From Anaerolineales bacterium (GTDB lineage: Bacteria; Chloroflexota; Anaerolineae; Anaerolineales; Villigracilaceae), in assembly GCA_014379595.1 (NCBI GenBank), contig JACMLM010000011.1, positions 29,062 to 93,061 on the forward strand: a stretch of 64,000 nucleotides of DNA. The letters run 5' to 3'. Below the pieces are notes generated by a model, which was not told where the DNA came from, did not search any database, and saw only the letters and a list, made by a program, of their open reading frames with translations. Of this stretch, positions 17,363-26,699 are shown in pieces. Position 1 is the first letter of the stretch; every line of letters starts with the position of its first letter. A program made the position numbers and the translations under genes.

Positions 17363-19784
17363 GTGCTCGCTCGCCCTTCGGGTCGAATAATACGGAGGCG
17401 GTCACTTCTGCTTCGTACATACCTTCAATTAACTCCACTTGAAAGCGATTGCCTTGTTTTGCCAAATCAATGGGCAAGAATGCATAAAGAATATTTTTAT
17501 TCACTGTAAAGCCATAGCCCCCGCTACGGACACGAGTAATCACCCTGTCTTCATGATTAACTGCTTCGCCGCCATAAATCTGGACAAACTCATCTGTATC
17601 GGTCAATACCAAAGTACAGAGTTTACGCCTCAAGCCTTCAGCTTTTTGTTTCACTAAGGCATCTCGTCCAATGAAATCACCTTTGTTAAGATCAACACAG
17701 AATCCAAGACCTGCTTCGTACGGCGTTGTGGTTGGCGTGAGATCTGTTGTGAAATACTTAAACCCTTTTTCCAAACGCAAAGGATCAAGCACCTTGTAAC
17801 CACCAAGTTCCATATTAAATTCTTTACCTGCTTCGATGAGCATATCCCAAATCATCGTGGCGCGATTGTTCGGGATATAAAGCTCCCAACCCAACTCACC
17901 CGCATAACTGACTCGTTGTGCCAACACATTGACACCATTTATATTAATTGGCTTGGTAGTTAAGTAGGGATGTGCCTCATTAGAAACATCACTCGTTGTG
18001 ATTTTCTCCAACACTGCACGAGATTTCGGCCCCCACAAAGCGAGACAAGCATATTCTTGTGTAATATCTCGAATTGAAACTTCACCGTCGCTTTCATCCA
18101 CATGCATTTGAATACGAGCCAGGTCATTGGCAATGAAGCCTGAACCTGTAATCACCCAGAAATAATCTTCACCCAGTCTTGTAACAGTTAAATCAGATTC
18201 AATACCACCATTTTTATTTAAGAACTGCGTATAAATCGCGCTGCCAGCTGGCTTGTTGATATCACTATCAGTCAATCGTTGCAATAAAGGTAATGCGCCT
18301 TTACCTTTAACTTCAACCTTTCCAAACGAAGTTAAATCAAACAACGCGACACGTTCTCGGGTGGCATTATGTTCCACACGTAAGCGTTCAAAAAATGGAG
18401 GTTTCGCCCAACCCCACTCACGTTGATCTTCGCCCATGCGACGCCATTCTTTATCAGGTTGGTAATAGTTAACGCGCTCCCAACCAAACTTTTCACCGAA
18501 GACTGCGCCGTTTTCCATCAAACGAAAATGCACTGGGCTGGTGCGATGCGGTCGTGCTGATTCATGTTCATCATGCGGGAACTTCATCCGATAATAATAT
18601 TTGACACATTCCTGCGTGCGCTCAGCTGCATATTTAAAATCAGCATAATAATTTCCGAACCGAGTGGCCCGATACCCGTAAACATCTATTGGCGCTTCGC
18701 CGTCAATGATCCATTCCGCCATCAACTTGCCCATGCCTCCCGCACCGCCATATCCATTCAATGACATGCCTGCCATAATCCACATGCCACGCGCGCCAGC
18801 CATCGGCCCAAGCAATGGTTGGCAATCAGGTGTGTATGCACCAGGATGGCGAACCAATGTGATAATGCCCGCTTGATCTAAAAACGGCAAACGACGAATC
18901 GCGCCTTCAAGTAACATTTCAAATTGATCGAAATCGCCTGGGAAACTTTTACTTCCATGTTCCCACGGTGTTCCATCGATCCAGCGCGGCAATGGCTTCG
19001 GCTCATAACCACCAATCACAAGTCCGCCTGCCTCCTGCCTCATATAAACTAAATTATCAGGGTCGCGCAAACATGGAGTATCAGAGGCAAATTCATGCCC
19101 TGGCACGGCGCGTAATGCAATATGTTGATGGTCAACTGGAGTGGTTGGGATCTGCAACCCTGCCATCGCAGCGATACGAGGCGCCCACATCCCCGCTGCA
19201 TTGACGATGATCTCGCATCTTATCTCGCCTTTATCTGTTACAACCGCTTCAACATTTCCTTTGGCTGATAGTTTAATTCCAGTCACGCGAGTATTTGTAT
19301 AAATTTCAACACCAAGCTCTTTTGCAAAGCGCGCCATCGAAGTTGTTGTTGTATATGGGTCAAGCTGCCCGTCACGTGGAAGATAAATACCGCCGTACAA
19401 ATCTTTTTTAGAAAGCTGAGGCATGATTTTTAAAGATTCATCAGGTGTGATGATTTCACAATCCAAGCCTAATGCCTTCGCACGGCTGACGCTTCTTTCC
19501 ATTTCAAGCAATTGCTCTTTACTGGATGCAACGCGCAAACTTCCTACATGATTAAATAATCCAAGTTCGCTGTATAACTCAATGCTATACATACGAAACC
19601 TGAGCATTGCTTGTGACGTGGCAAATTGAGTCACAAGCCCAGCCGCGTGAGATGACTCACCGCTAGCAATCTCGCCTTTTTCTACAATGACAACATCCTT
19701 CCGCCCATTCTTCGCAAGATGATATGCAACCTGTGCCCCATAAATCCCGCCGCCAATAACAACGATTTCTGCGTGTGTTTTCAT
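17355..19784 (-). CDS. FAD-dependent oxidoreductase fused to a GcvT-type aminomethyltransferase domain (dimethylglycine/sarcosine dehydrogenase family), copy 1
   Basis: N-terminal dinucleotide fold VVIGGGIYGAQVAYHLA..VVIVEK. 809 aa. C-terminal folate-binding GcvT-like region (SYAGELGWELY). Confidence 0.85.
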   Translation of the reverse strand: MKTHAEIVVIGGGIYGAQVAYHLAKNGRKDVVIVEKGEIASGESSHAAGLVTQFATSQAMLRFRMYSIELYSELGLFNHVGSLRVASSKEQLLEMERSVSRAKALGLDCEIITPDESLKIMPQLSKKDLYGGIYLPRDGQLDPYTTTTSMARFAKELGVEIYTNTRVTGIKLSAKGNVEAVVTDKGEIRCEIIVNAAGMWAPRIAAMAGLQIPTTPVDHQHIALRAVPGHEFASDTPCLRDPDNLVYMRQEAGGLVIGGYEPKPLPRWIDGTPWEHGSKSFPGDFDQFEMLLEGAIRRLPFLDQAGIITLVRHPGAYTPDCQPLLGPMAGARGMWIMAGMSLNGYGGAGGMGKLMAEWIIDGEAPIDVYGYRATRFGNYYADFKYAAERTQECVKYYYRMKFPHDEHESARPHRTSPVHFRLMENGAVFGEKFGWERVNYYQPDKEWRRMGEDQREWGWAKPPFFERLRVEHNATRERVALFDLTSFGKVEVKGKGALPLLQRLTDSDINKPAGSAIYTQFLNKNGGIESDLTVTRLGEDYFWVITGSGFIANDLARIQMHVDESDGEVSIRDITQEYACLALWGPKSRAVLEKITTSDVSNEAHPYLTTKPININGVNVLAQRVSYAGELGWELYIPNNRATMIWDMLIEAGKEFNMELGGYKVLDPLRLEKGFKYFTTDLTPTTTPYEAGLGFCVDLNKGDFIGRDALVKQKAEGLRRKLCTLVLTDTDEFVQIYGGEAVNHEDRVITRVRSGGYGFTVNKNILYAFLPIDLAKQGNRFQVELIEGMYEAEVTASVLFDPKGERARA

Positions 19785-19818
19785 TTAAAATACCTGTTTC
19801 ATCATTAATTAATATCTA

Positions 19819-20241
19819 CTAATTGTCTACTTTTATTTCAATCAATCGAACTGATTCGTTCATCGGGAAACGACTAAAATCAAAATCTATAACATATGTA
19901 AATAGGTTGCCATCCATGGAATATTCCCCCATCCAATCAGTTACATCTTGAGAAATTAAATTCCCGCGAACTTCGAACCTATAAGCTGCATAGCGGTACA
20001 CGCCATTTGGCGCTTCTTTATACTCTGTTGTCATACCTGCAGGAACATCACCAAAAGAAATACTATCGCTAGGAAATCTAACAACAAGATTAGTAATTGT
20101 GGTGGAGCCATTATTAATAATTCTCAAGAGGGCTGTCTTAGATACTTGAGTAGGTGTTATTTGAGCGGATTGTGAAGCACATCCACTTAAAATAAAAGAT
20201 AAAAATAAAGAACAAAATAGTTTATTAATTACTTTTTTCAT
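19819..20241 (-). CDS. Hypothetical lipoprotein
   Basis: Signal peptide with lipobox LSGC-A. ATGA overlap with the DeoR gene stop. No family recognised. Confidence 0.55.
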   Translation of the reverse strand: MKKVINKLFCSLFLSFILSGCASQSAQITPTQVSKTALLRIINNGSTTITNLVVRFPSDSISFGDVPAGMTTEYKEAPNGVYRYAAYRFEVRGNLISQDVTDWMGEYSMDGNLFTYVIDFDFSRFPMNESVRLIEIKVDN

Positions 20242-21014
20242 TTCGCAACCAAAACTTCCACATCATATTCCCCAATTTCTCTTTTCGCTTGCTTACTCAA
20301 TCCATTATCAGTGACCAATTTATTAATCTCATCAATCTCAGCTACGGGAAAGTTAGACACTGCGCCCCATTTGCTATGGTCAGCGACAACAATTACCTGA
20401 CCTTTTGTCCGTTCAATCATTCTTCGTACAACTTCTGCTTCGGGATTCGTTGGAACCGTACAACCATGTTTTAATGAGATTCCGTCTACGCCAAGAATCG
20501 CTTTGTTGGCAAAGACCAAGCCTAAATTGTCAAAAGCGAAGCGACCTGCCAAAGAGTTTGAACGACTCTGAAATTCGCCTCCAATCAAATGTAATTTAAA
20601 AACTGGTTCCGCAATATCAGTCAACACACTCATGTTGTTTGTATAAACCGTAATGCGCGGGTTCGGTGGAATATTTTTCAAAACTTGTGCGGCAGTAGAA
20701 CCACTGTTGACAAAAATAATATCACCTTCCTCAATCAGAGAAGCCGCAAGTTCACCGATAATTTTTTTCTCGTTTGGAAAGTTTTTGATGCGTTGTTGAA
20801 ATTCTTGATCAAACATCACACGTTGATTTAATATCGCCCCCCCGTGCGTTCTTTCCAAAATTCCTTTTTGCTCCAACCATTCCAAATCACGTCGTACTGT
20901 CGCTTCAGAAGTATCCAGCACATCCATTAAATCTACTGTACGCGCAATCTGATGGATCCCCAAATATTCTTGTATTTTTTCGCGACGTTGGGCTGGAATG
21001 AGGGGTTTTCCCAT
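20238..21014 (-). CDS. DeoR/GlpR family transcriptional regulator
   Basis: N-terminal wHTH (RREKIQEYL...SEATVRRDLEWLEQKG) plus a C-terminal sugar-phosphate-binding DeoR_C domain. The track start at 21050 is possible, but Met-13 (21014) fits family length. Confidence 0.8.
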   Translation of the reverse strand: MGKPLIPAQRREKIQEYLGIHQIARTVDLMDVLDTSEATVRRDLEWLEQKGILERTHGGAILNQRVMFDQEFQQRIKNFPNEKKIIGELAASLIEEGDIIFVNSGSTAAQVLKNIPPNPRITVYTNNMSVLTDIAEPVFKLHLIGGEFQSRSNSLAGRFAFDNLGLVFANKAILGVDGISLKHGCTVPTNPEAEVVRRMIERTKGQVIVVADHSKWGAVSNFPVAEIDEINKLVTDNGLSKQAKREIGEYDVEVLVAK

Positions 21015-21067
21015 GTGAAGGATTATATAAGTATTTGAAGGAATTTGCAAGTTTTTGACATTTTGCT

Positions 21068-21073
21068 TATAAT
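21068..21073 (+). promoter_or_regulatory. Candidate -10 box of a leaderless transcript for the CBS gene
   Basis: TATAAT lies exactly 6 nt before the ATG at 21080, and there is no SD. The same geometry occurs at 35093. Confidence 0.3.
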
Positions 21074-21079
21074 GGCGTT

Positions 21080-21889
21080 ATGCCAAAAATTGTAAAAGAT
21101 CTAATGCACCCAGGCGTAATGACCTGCAAGCCAACAGCTACTTTGGGACAAGTGGCTGTCTTGCTTAACCAGCACAAAATCCACGCTTTGTTTGTAACCG
21201 ATCGTGATGGTCGTATTATAGGTGTCATTTCAGATTTTGACTTAATGGCTGGCGAATGGCTCTCCTCGGACTCTGAAAGCTTAACCACCATGCGAAAATT
21301 AACAGCTGCGGATCTTATGTCGCAGCCAGTTGATTCTATTGAAACAAACATTTCCCTTGCTGACGCAGTAGACCTTTTCATTGAAAAAAAGGTAAGCCGC
21401 TTGCTAGTCACTGAAAATGAAAAGCCTGTGGGCATCCTTTCGCTTTCAGATTTTATTGCCAGTATCGCAAGTGAAATCAAATCAAAACGTGACACGGTCG
21501 GAGATGTAATGTCTGATGCCATTTTAGTTTGTCGTGGCAAAACTTCTGTTTCGTCTGCCGCACGTGCAATGACATCTGCTGGCTGGCGTTCAGTGTTAGT
21601 AGTGGATGCAAAAGGAAAAATTCTTGGCGTGGTCAGTGGGCATGACTTGCTTCAATTTGTAAAAGAAGGCGTTGGAGAAAAACTAATTGTCCGCGATGTG
21701 ATGCACCCTGCTTTGACAATTGACATCAATGCCAGCTTACGAGAAGCCGCAGATATGATGATTAAGAATCATTATCACCGACTCGTTGTCGTTGATAAAA
21801 ACGATCCAGATGCATTTCCTCTAGGTGCAATCTCTACATTTGACATTGTTGCAGAAATGTCAAAACCAGATTCGGTTTGGCAGAAGTAA
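21080..21889 (+). CDS. CBS domain-containing protein (four CBS repeats, two Bateman modules)
   Basis: Four repeats of the CBS pattern (VMT..ATLGQVAVLL..H..HALFV.D..GR.IGVIS..DL). No other domain. Confidence 0.8.
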   Translation: MPKIVKDLMHPGVMTCKPTATLGQVAVLLNQHKIHALFVTDRDGRIIGVISDFDLMAGEWLSSDSESLTTMRKLTAADLMSQPVDSIETNISLADAVDLFIEKKVSRLLVTENEKPVGILSLSDFIASIASEIKSKRDTVGDVMSDAILVCRGKTSVSSAARAMTSAGWRSVLVVDAKGKILGVVSGHDLLQFVKEGVGEKLIVRDVMHPALTIDINASLREAADMMIKNHYHRLVVVDKNDPDAFPLGAISTFDIVAEMSKPDSVWQK

Positions 21890-21977
21890 ACCTTTACAAC
21901 GAAGGACACAAAGGTTCACAAAGGTTTTAAATTCTTTTCCTTCGTGTACCTTAGTGACCCTTTGTGGTTAAAAAATT
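21890..21977. repeat. Palindromic intergenic element built from CACNAAGG / CCTTNGTG units, copy 1
   Basis: ACGAAGGACACAAAGGTTCACAAAGG....TCCTTCGTGTACCTTAGTGACCCTTTGTGG. Starts immediately after the CBS gene stop. Related to 27807..27900. Confidence 0.7.
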
Positions 21978-21992
21978 CAGGAGCAAAGATTC

Positions 21993-24425
21993 ATGTCAGA
22001 TTTTCCAACACAGGCGCAAGTCGTCATCATCGGTGGAGGTGTAGGCGGATGCAGTATTGCTTATCATCTAACAAAATTAGGTTGGAAAGATGTTGTCATC
22101 GTTGAGAAGCACGAATTGACATCAGGCTCTACCTGGCATTCCGCTGGGCTCGTTGGTCAGATGCGTTCAGATGCGAATTTGACTCGTATGATGCACTACA
22201 GCACAGACTTATACCGAAGTCTCAAAGCTGAAACAGGACAAGATACTTCATGGCGTGAAGTTGGCGGAATTCGTTTGGCATGTTCAGCAGAAAGAATGGA
22301 AGAAACAAAAAGATTAGTGGGGATGGCTCGTTCTTTCGGTGTGCCGATGGAGTTGATCTCGCCAAAGGAAGCACAGGATATGTTTCCAATCATGTCTTTA
22401 GATGGCGTGCTTGGTGCAGCGTACACACCCAACGATGGAAGCATTGACCCTACTGGCTTGACCAATGCACTTGCTATCGGGGCAAAGAGTCGCGGGGCAA
22501 AGATATTTACAAATACTCTTGTCGAAAAAATAAATTTAAAAGATGGTCGTGTCCATGAAGTAGTGACGGATAAAGGGACGATCAAGACTGAGATCGTGGT
22601 CAATGCCTCAGGTATGTGGGGACGCGAAACAGGAAAAATGGTCGGGTTGAATCTACCAGTGATCCCAATGGCTCATCTTTATATTATGACCAAGCCTATC
22701 GAAGGTGTGACGAATAAATTCCCAAATCTGCGCGACCCTGATCTATTAGTTTATTGGCGTGAAGAAGTTGGCGGGTTTATTACAGGTGGCTATGAACGTC
22801 AGCCCGCAACTTTTGGGATGAACGGTATTCCAAAAGATTTTAAATTTCAACTGCTACCTCCAGATTGGGAACGCTTTACCCCATTGATGGAAAATTCTAT
22901 TCGACGCGTGCCTGCGATTGAAAATGCTGAAGTCAAAATGTTATTGAACGGCCCAGAAGGCTTCACACCCGATGGTGAATTTTTATTAGGGCCAACCACT
23001 GTCAAAGGGTTTTGGGTAGCGTGTGCCTTCTGTGCCCATGGACTTGCTGGCGCAGGCGGCATGGGCAAAGTAATGGCAGAGTGGATCGTAGATGGAAGCC
23101 CTGAATGGGATATGTGGCGACTCGATGTGCGCCGCTTTGGTCCGAACTACAACAGCCTGGAATATGCCACGGCGCGGACGTTTGAAACTTATACACAATA
23201 TTATGACATTCATTATCCTGGCGAAGAAAGAATGTCGAAGCGCAATGTTCGTACCTCGCCCACTTTTTATCGTCTGCGTGATTTGGGTTGTACATTCGGT
23301 GAAAAGATGGGATGGGAACGCCCGAACTGGTTTAGAAAATATGAAGAGCTTGCTACACATGGTCATGAGCCAAGAGGCTGGTCGCGCCATAATTGGTCTC
23401 GCGCCATTGGACATGAACATTTGATGACCCGCGAGAATGCAGGCCTCTTCGATGAAACATCATTTAATAAGTTTGAAGTGCGTGGAACTGGCGCTTTGAA
23501 TTTCCTGAATCATGTTTGTGCCAATGAAATGGATCAACCCATTGGCTCGATGACATATACACAATGTCTCAACAAACGTGGCGGCATCGAATGTGATTTC
23601 ACAGTTAATCGCCTTGCAGAGAATCGTTTCTTCATTGTTACTGGAACTGCGTTTGGTCAACACGATATGTCGTGGCTGTCATTGAACATGCCTGAAGATG
23701 GCACAGTGACCATCGAAGACGTCAGCTCTAATTATGCCTGTCTCGGCATGTGGGGACCAAAAGCACGCACCATCCTCGAAAAAGTAACTATGGATGATGT
23801 CTCGAATGATGGCTTTCCATATATGACTTCAAAGCGAATGAACGTGGGTGACGTACCAGTGCTCTCTTCGCGCGTGACTTATGTTGGCGAGTTGGGCTGG
23901 GAGTTTTACTGCCCAATGGAATACGGCTTGCGACTCTGGGATACGCTTTGGGAAGCGGGTCAATCGGAAGGCCTGGTAGCGGGCGGTTACAAAGCCATTG
24001 ATACTTTACGCATCGAGAAGGGTTATCGTTATTGGAGCGGCGAGATTTCCCCAGACTACACTCCTTATGAAGCAGGTCTTGGATTCGCAGTCAAATTGAA
24101 TAAAGAAGCTTTTATTGGCAAAGATGCTTTAGTGAAACAAAAAGCAGAAGGCATTAATAATAAACTTTGCACAATTACTTTAAATGATGACCGCACCATT
24201 GTGATTGGAAAAGAGCCTATCCGCGTTGGCGATCAACTCGTGGGTTGGGTGGCTTCGGGTGGATTTGGTTACTCGGTCAACAAGTCTATCGCTTACGCAT
24301 ATCTCCCAATGGAATATGCAAAGGTTGGCACAAAACTAGAAGTTGAATGTTTTGGTGAACAGGTTGGTGCTGAAGTTGTGCAGGCAGTATTATGGGATGC
24401 CAAAGGTGAGAGAATTCGTCAGTAA
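21993..24425 (+). CDS. FAD-dependent oxidoreductase fused to a GcvT-type aminomethyltransferase domain (dimethylglycine/sarcosine dehydrogenase family), copy 2
   Basis: VVIIGGGVGGCSIAYHL..VVIVEK. 810 aa. C-terminal TYVGELGWEFY. Paralog of 17355..19784. Confidence 0.85.
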   Translation: MSDFPTQAQVVIIGGGVGGCSIAYHLTKLGWKDVVIVEKHELTSGSTWHSAGLVGQMRSDANLTRMMHYSTDLYRSLKAETGQDTSWREVGGIRLACSAERMEETKRLVGMARSFGVPMELISPKEAQDMFPIMSLDGVLGAAYTPNDGSIDPTGLTNALAIGAKSRGAKIFTNTLVEKINLKDGRVHEVVTDKGTIKTEIVVNASGMWGRETGKMVGLNLPVIPMAHLYIMTKPIEGVTNKFPNLRDPDLLVYWREEVGGFITGGYERQPATFGMNGIPKDFKFQLLPPDWERFTPLMENSIRRVPAIENAEVKMLLNGPEGFTPDGEFLLGPTTVKGFWVACAFCAHGLAGAGGMGKVMAEWIVDGSPEWDMWRLDVRRFGPNYNSLEYATARTFETYTQYYDIHYPGEERMSKRNVRTSPTFYRLRDLGCTFGEKMGWERPNWFRKYEELATHGHEPRGWSRHNWSRAIGHEHLMTRENAGLFDETSFNKFEVRGTGALNFLNHVCANEMDQPIGSMTYTQCLNKRGGIECDFTVNRLAENRFFIVTGTAFGQHDMSWLSLNMPEDGTVTIEDVSSNYACLGMWGPKARTILEKVTMDDVSNDGFPYMTSKRMNVGDVPVLSSRVTYVGELGWEFYCPMEYGLRLWDTLWEAGQSEGLVAGGYKAIDTLRIEKGYRYWSGEISPDYTPYEAGLGFAVKLNKEAFIGKDALVKQKAEGINNKLCTITLNDDRTIVIGKEPIRVGDQLVGWVASGGFGYSVNKSIAYAYLPMEYAKVGTKLEVECFGEQVGAEVVQAVLWDAKGERIRQ

Positions 24426-24573
24426 GCAGAATCAGATGTAGGTTAAGCATGAAGCGAATGTTGATGACGCGTCATTCCTAATAGATAGTTGAATCCATCC
24501 GAGGAGAAGAATATATCGAATGAAATTATCCAACTAATAAAGAAAGATCAAATTCTTATTCAAAGAGGATGCC

Positions 24574-25509
24574 ATGACCACACTTGCAATTGATAAGGCA
24601 ATTGATAAAGTTCCGTTTCTCGCTGATTCAAAGAATATCAAAAAGATTCCATTAAGCGGTGGGATCACAAATCTGAATTTCAAAATTGAAGCAGATGGAA
24701 GAGCGTATGTGATTCGCTTAGCTGGCGAAGGTACTGAGCAACTTGGCATCAAACGTGATGTGGAATATGCGGCAAACAAAGCGGCTGGTGATTTGGGCAT
24801 TGCCCCGGAGGTTGTATTTTTTATTGAGCCTGAGAATTATATTGTGACTCGTTTTATCACTGGAAAACCGATCCCACCTGACGTGATCAAACAACCCGAC
24901 TATCTTGCGCGGGTTGCAAAAAAGTTACGCCTCTTTCACATGCGCGGACCAAAATTAAACGGCGAGTTCAATGTCTTCCGCCGTGTGGAAATGCTGGAGA
25001 AGATTTCAAGAAAAAATAACGCCAAATTCCCGCATGATTGGGATTGGATCATGCAAAAGATGAATGAAGTTAAAAAGGCATTGGCAAAAGACCCGTACAC
25101 CCCAACACCCACTCATAATGACTTGTTGAATTTAAACTGGCTGGAGGAGGAAGTAGCTGGTGATATCGGCGAGATCCGCTTGTTGGATTGGGAATACGCA
25201 GGCATGGGCGACATCTTCTTTGACCTTGCTAATTTTTCACATCATCATCGTTTGAATGAAGAGCAAGTTGATAACTTGTTGTATGAATATTTCGGTGAAG
25301 TGACAGATAAACAATACGCTCGCTTGCGTTTGATGTGGCCGATGTCTGAATTACATGAGTCCATGTGGGGCACAACGCAGACAGGTATTTCCAAACTGGA
25401 AGAGGATTTTCAGGGTTATGCAGATTTATGGTTTGCCCGCTTCCGTCAGCATGTGACAGATTATCGCTGGGAAGAATGGTTGAAGGATGTTGGGAAGAAG
25501 AGAAAATAG
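24574..25509 (+). CDS. Choline/ethanolamine kinase family protein (LicA-like, APH fold)
   Basis: Brenner motif HNDLLNLNWL and choline-kinase motif LLDWEYAGMGDIFFDLANF. Confidence 0.8.
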   Translation: MTTLAIDKAIDKVPFLADSKNIKKIPLSGGITNLNFKIEADGRAYVIRLAGEGTEQLGIKRDVEYAANKAAGDLGIAPEVVFFIEPENYIVTRFITGKPIPPDVIKQPDYLARVAKKLRLFHMRGPKLNGEFNVFRRVEMLEKISRKNNAKFPHDWDWIMQKMNEVKKALAKDPYTPTPTHNDLLNLNWLEEEVAGDIGEIRLLDWEYAGMGDIFFDLANFSHHHRLNEEQVDNLLYEYFGEVTDKQYARLRLMWPMSELHESMWGTTQTGISKLEEDFQGYADLWFARFRQHVTDYRWEEWLKDVGKKRK

Positions 25510-25606
25510 ATAGGTATACAAGTAAACAGGTAGGCAGGTACATGTATATATATTTACCTGTCTACTTCAATATTAAATTAACCAGAAGATAAAATAAGGA
25601 GACTCT

Positions 25607-26482
25607 ATGTCAATCGTAAATGCAAAAGAAATCATGTTCCCAGCGCTGGAAAACGGATATGCCATTGGGGCATTCAATGTCACAGATCTGCTTCAGTTTG
25701 AAGCCGTGATTGATGCTGCTGTCGAAAAAAAGGCGCCTGTAATCGTTCAAACATCTGTCAAACCATCTCAATTCCATACTCCTGAATTAATGGTGGCGAT
25801 CTTTAAAACTCTTGCATCATCCGCGCCAATCCCTGTCTGCCTGCACCTTGATCATTGCACCACCATTGAGTATTGCAATACCTGTGCTGATGCTGGCTAT
25901 ACCAATATCATGATCGATGCATCCAAACATTCATTTGAAGAAAATATTCGCCAGACAAAAGCAGTCGTGGATTATGCTCACAGCGTTGGTAATATCTCAG
26001 TTGAGGGTGAACTCGGAACTGTCGGCGGCGTTGAAGACCAGATCAAGGTCGCAGAAGACGAAGCGCAACTAGCTAACCCAGAAAAATGTGTTGAATTCGT
26101 TGAACGTACTGGTGTGGATATTTTCGGCCCAGCTATTGGAACAGCACATGGCGTATATAAAACTAAAAATCCAAAAGTTGATTTCGAGCGCATGGCTACG
26201 ATCAACAAGATGTTGAACGGCAACGGTATCAAGTGTCCGCTTGTGGTGCATGGCGGAACGGGCCTGCCAGATGATTACATTGTCAAATTGTTGGAAGCTG
26301 GCGGCGCAAAATTCAACGTATCCACTGAGTTAAAGCATACATTGATCGATGCAAAGTTTGAATATCTTTCTTCTCATCGTGATGAATATGATCCCGGCAA
26401 ACTGGATGTCTTCGCCCGCGATGCCACCCGCAAAGCTGTTATGCACTGGATCGATAAGTTGGGCTCCGCGGGTAAGGCGTAA
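25607..26482 (+). CDS. Class II fructose/tagatose-bisphosphate aldolase family protein
   Basis: Class II aldolase zinc/catalytic regions: GAFNV, LHLDH, GELG, AIGTAHG, VVHGGTG. Confidence 0.85.
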   Translation: MSIVNAKEIMFPALENGYAIGAFNVTDLLQFEAVIDAAVEKKAPVIVQTSVKPSQFHTPELMVAIFKTLASSAPIPVCLHLDHCTTIEYCNTCADAGYTNIMIDASKHSFEENIRQTKAVVDYAHSVGNISVEGELGTVGGVEDQIKVAEDEAQLANPEKCVEFVERTGVDIFGPAIGTAHGVYKTKNPKVDFERMATINKMLNGNGIKCPLVVHGGTGLPDDYIVKLLEAGGAKFNVSTELKHTLIDAKFEYLSSHRDEYDPGKLDVFARDATRKAVMHWIDKLGSAGKA

Positions 26483-26533
26483 GTGCAAGAGAGCAGTGAA
26501 CAGGTATCAGTTTTCAGTAATCAGTAAAACCTA

Positions 26534-26668
26534 GTGGTCGAGTAGCTCTGAGCGGTTTTTGCGAAGAGCGTATCGAGACCAACAAGTAAATAGTTACAAA
26601 AAATAACTTGAAAACGTGTGGTCTCGATACATGTCTCGCCAAAGAACGGCTCGACATTACTCGACCAC
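26534..26668. repeat. Long imperfect inverted repeat (about 50-nt arms, AT-rich 37-nt centre) inside the operon
   Basis: Perfect outer pair GTGGTCGAGTA (26534-44) / TACTCGACCAC (26658-68). Perfect inner pair GTATCGAGACCA (26570-81) / TGGTCTCGATAC (26619-30). Intervening arm segments are about 75% complementary by hand. Confidence 0.75.
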
Positions 26669-26699
26669 CGAAGTAATAAATTTTTTTATGGAGAACAAA

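Noticed and set aside
21067-21540. 157-aa minus-strand ORF
   Set aside because: It is entirely antisense to the well-supported CBS-domain gene, has low-complexity Ser/Thr-rich content and no motif. Typical shadow ORF.
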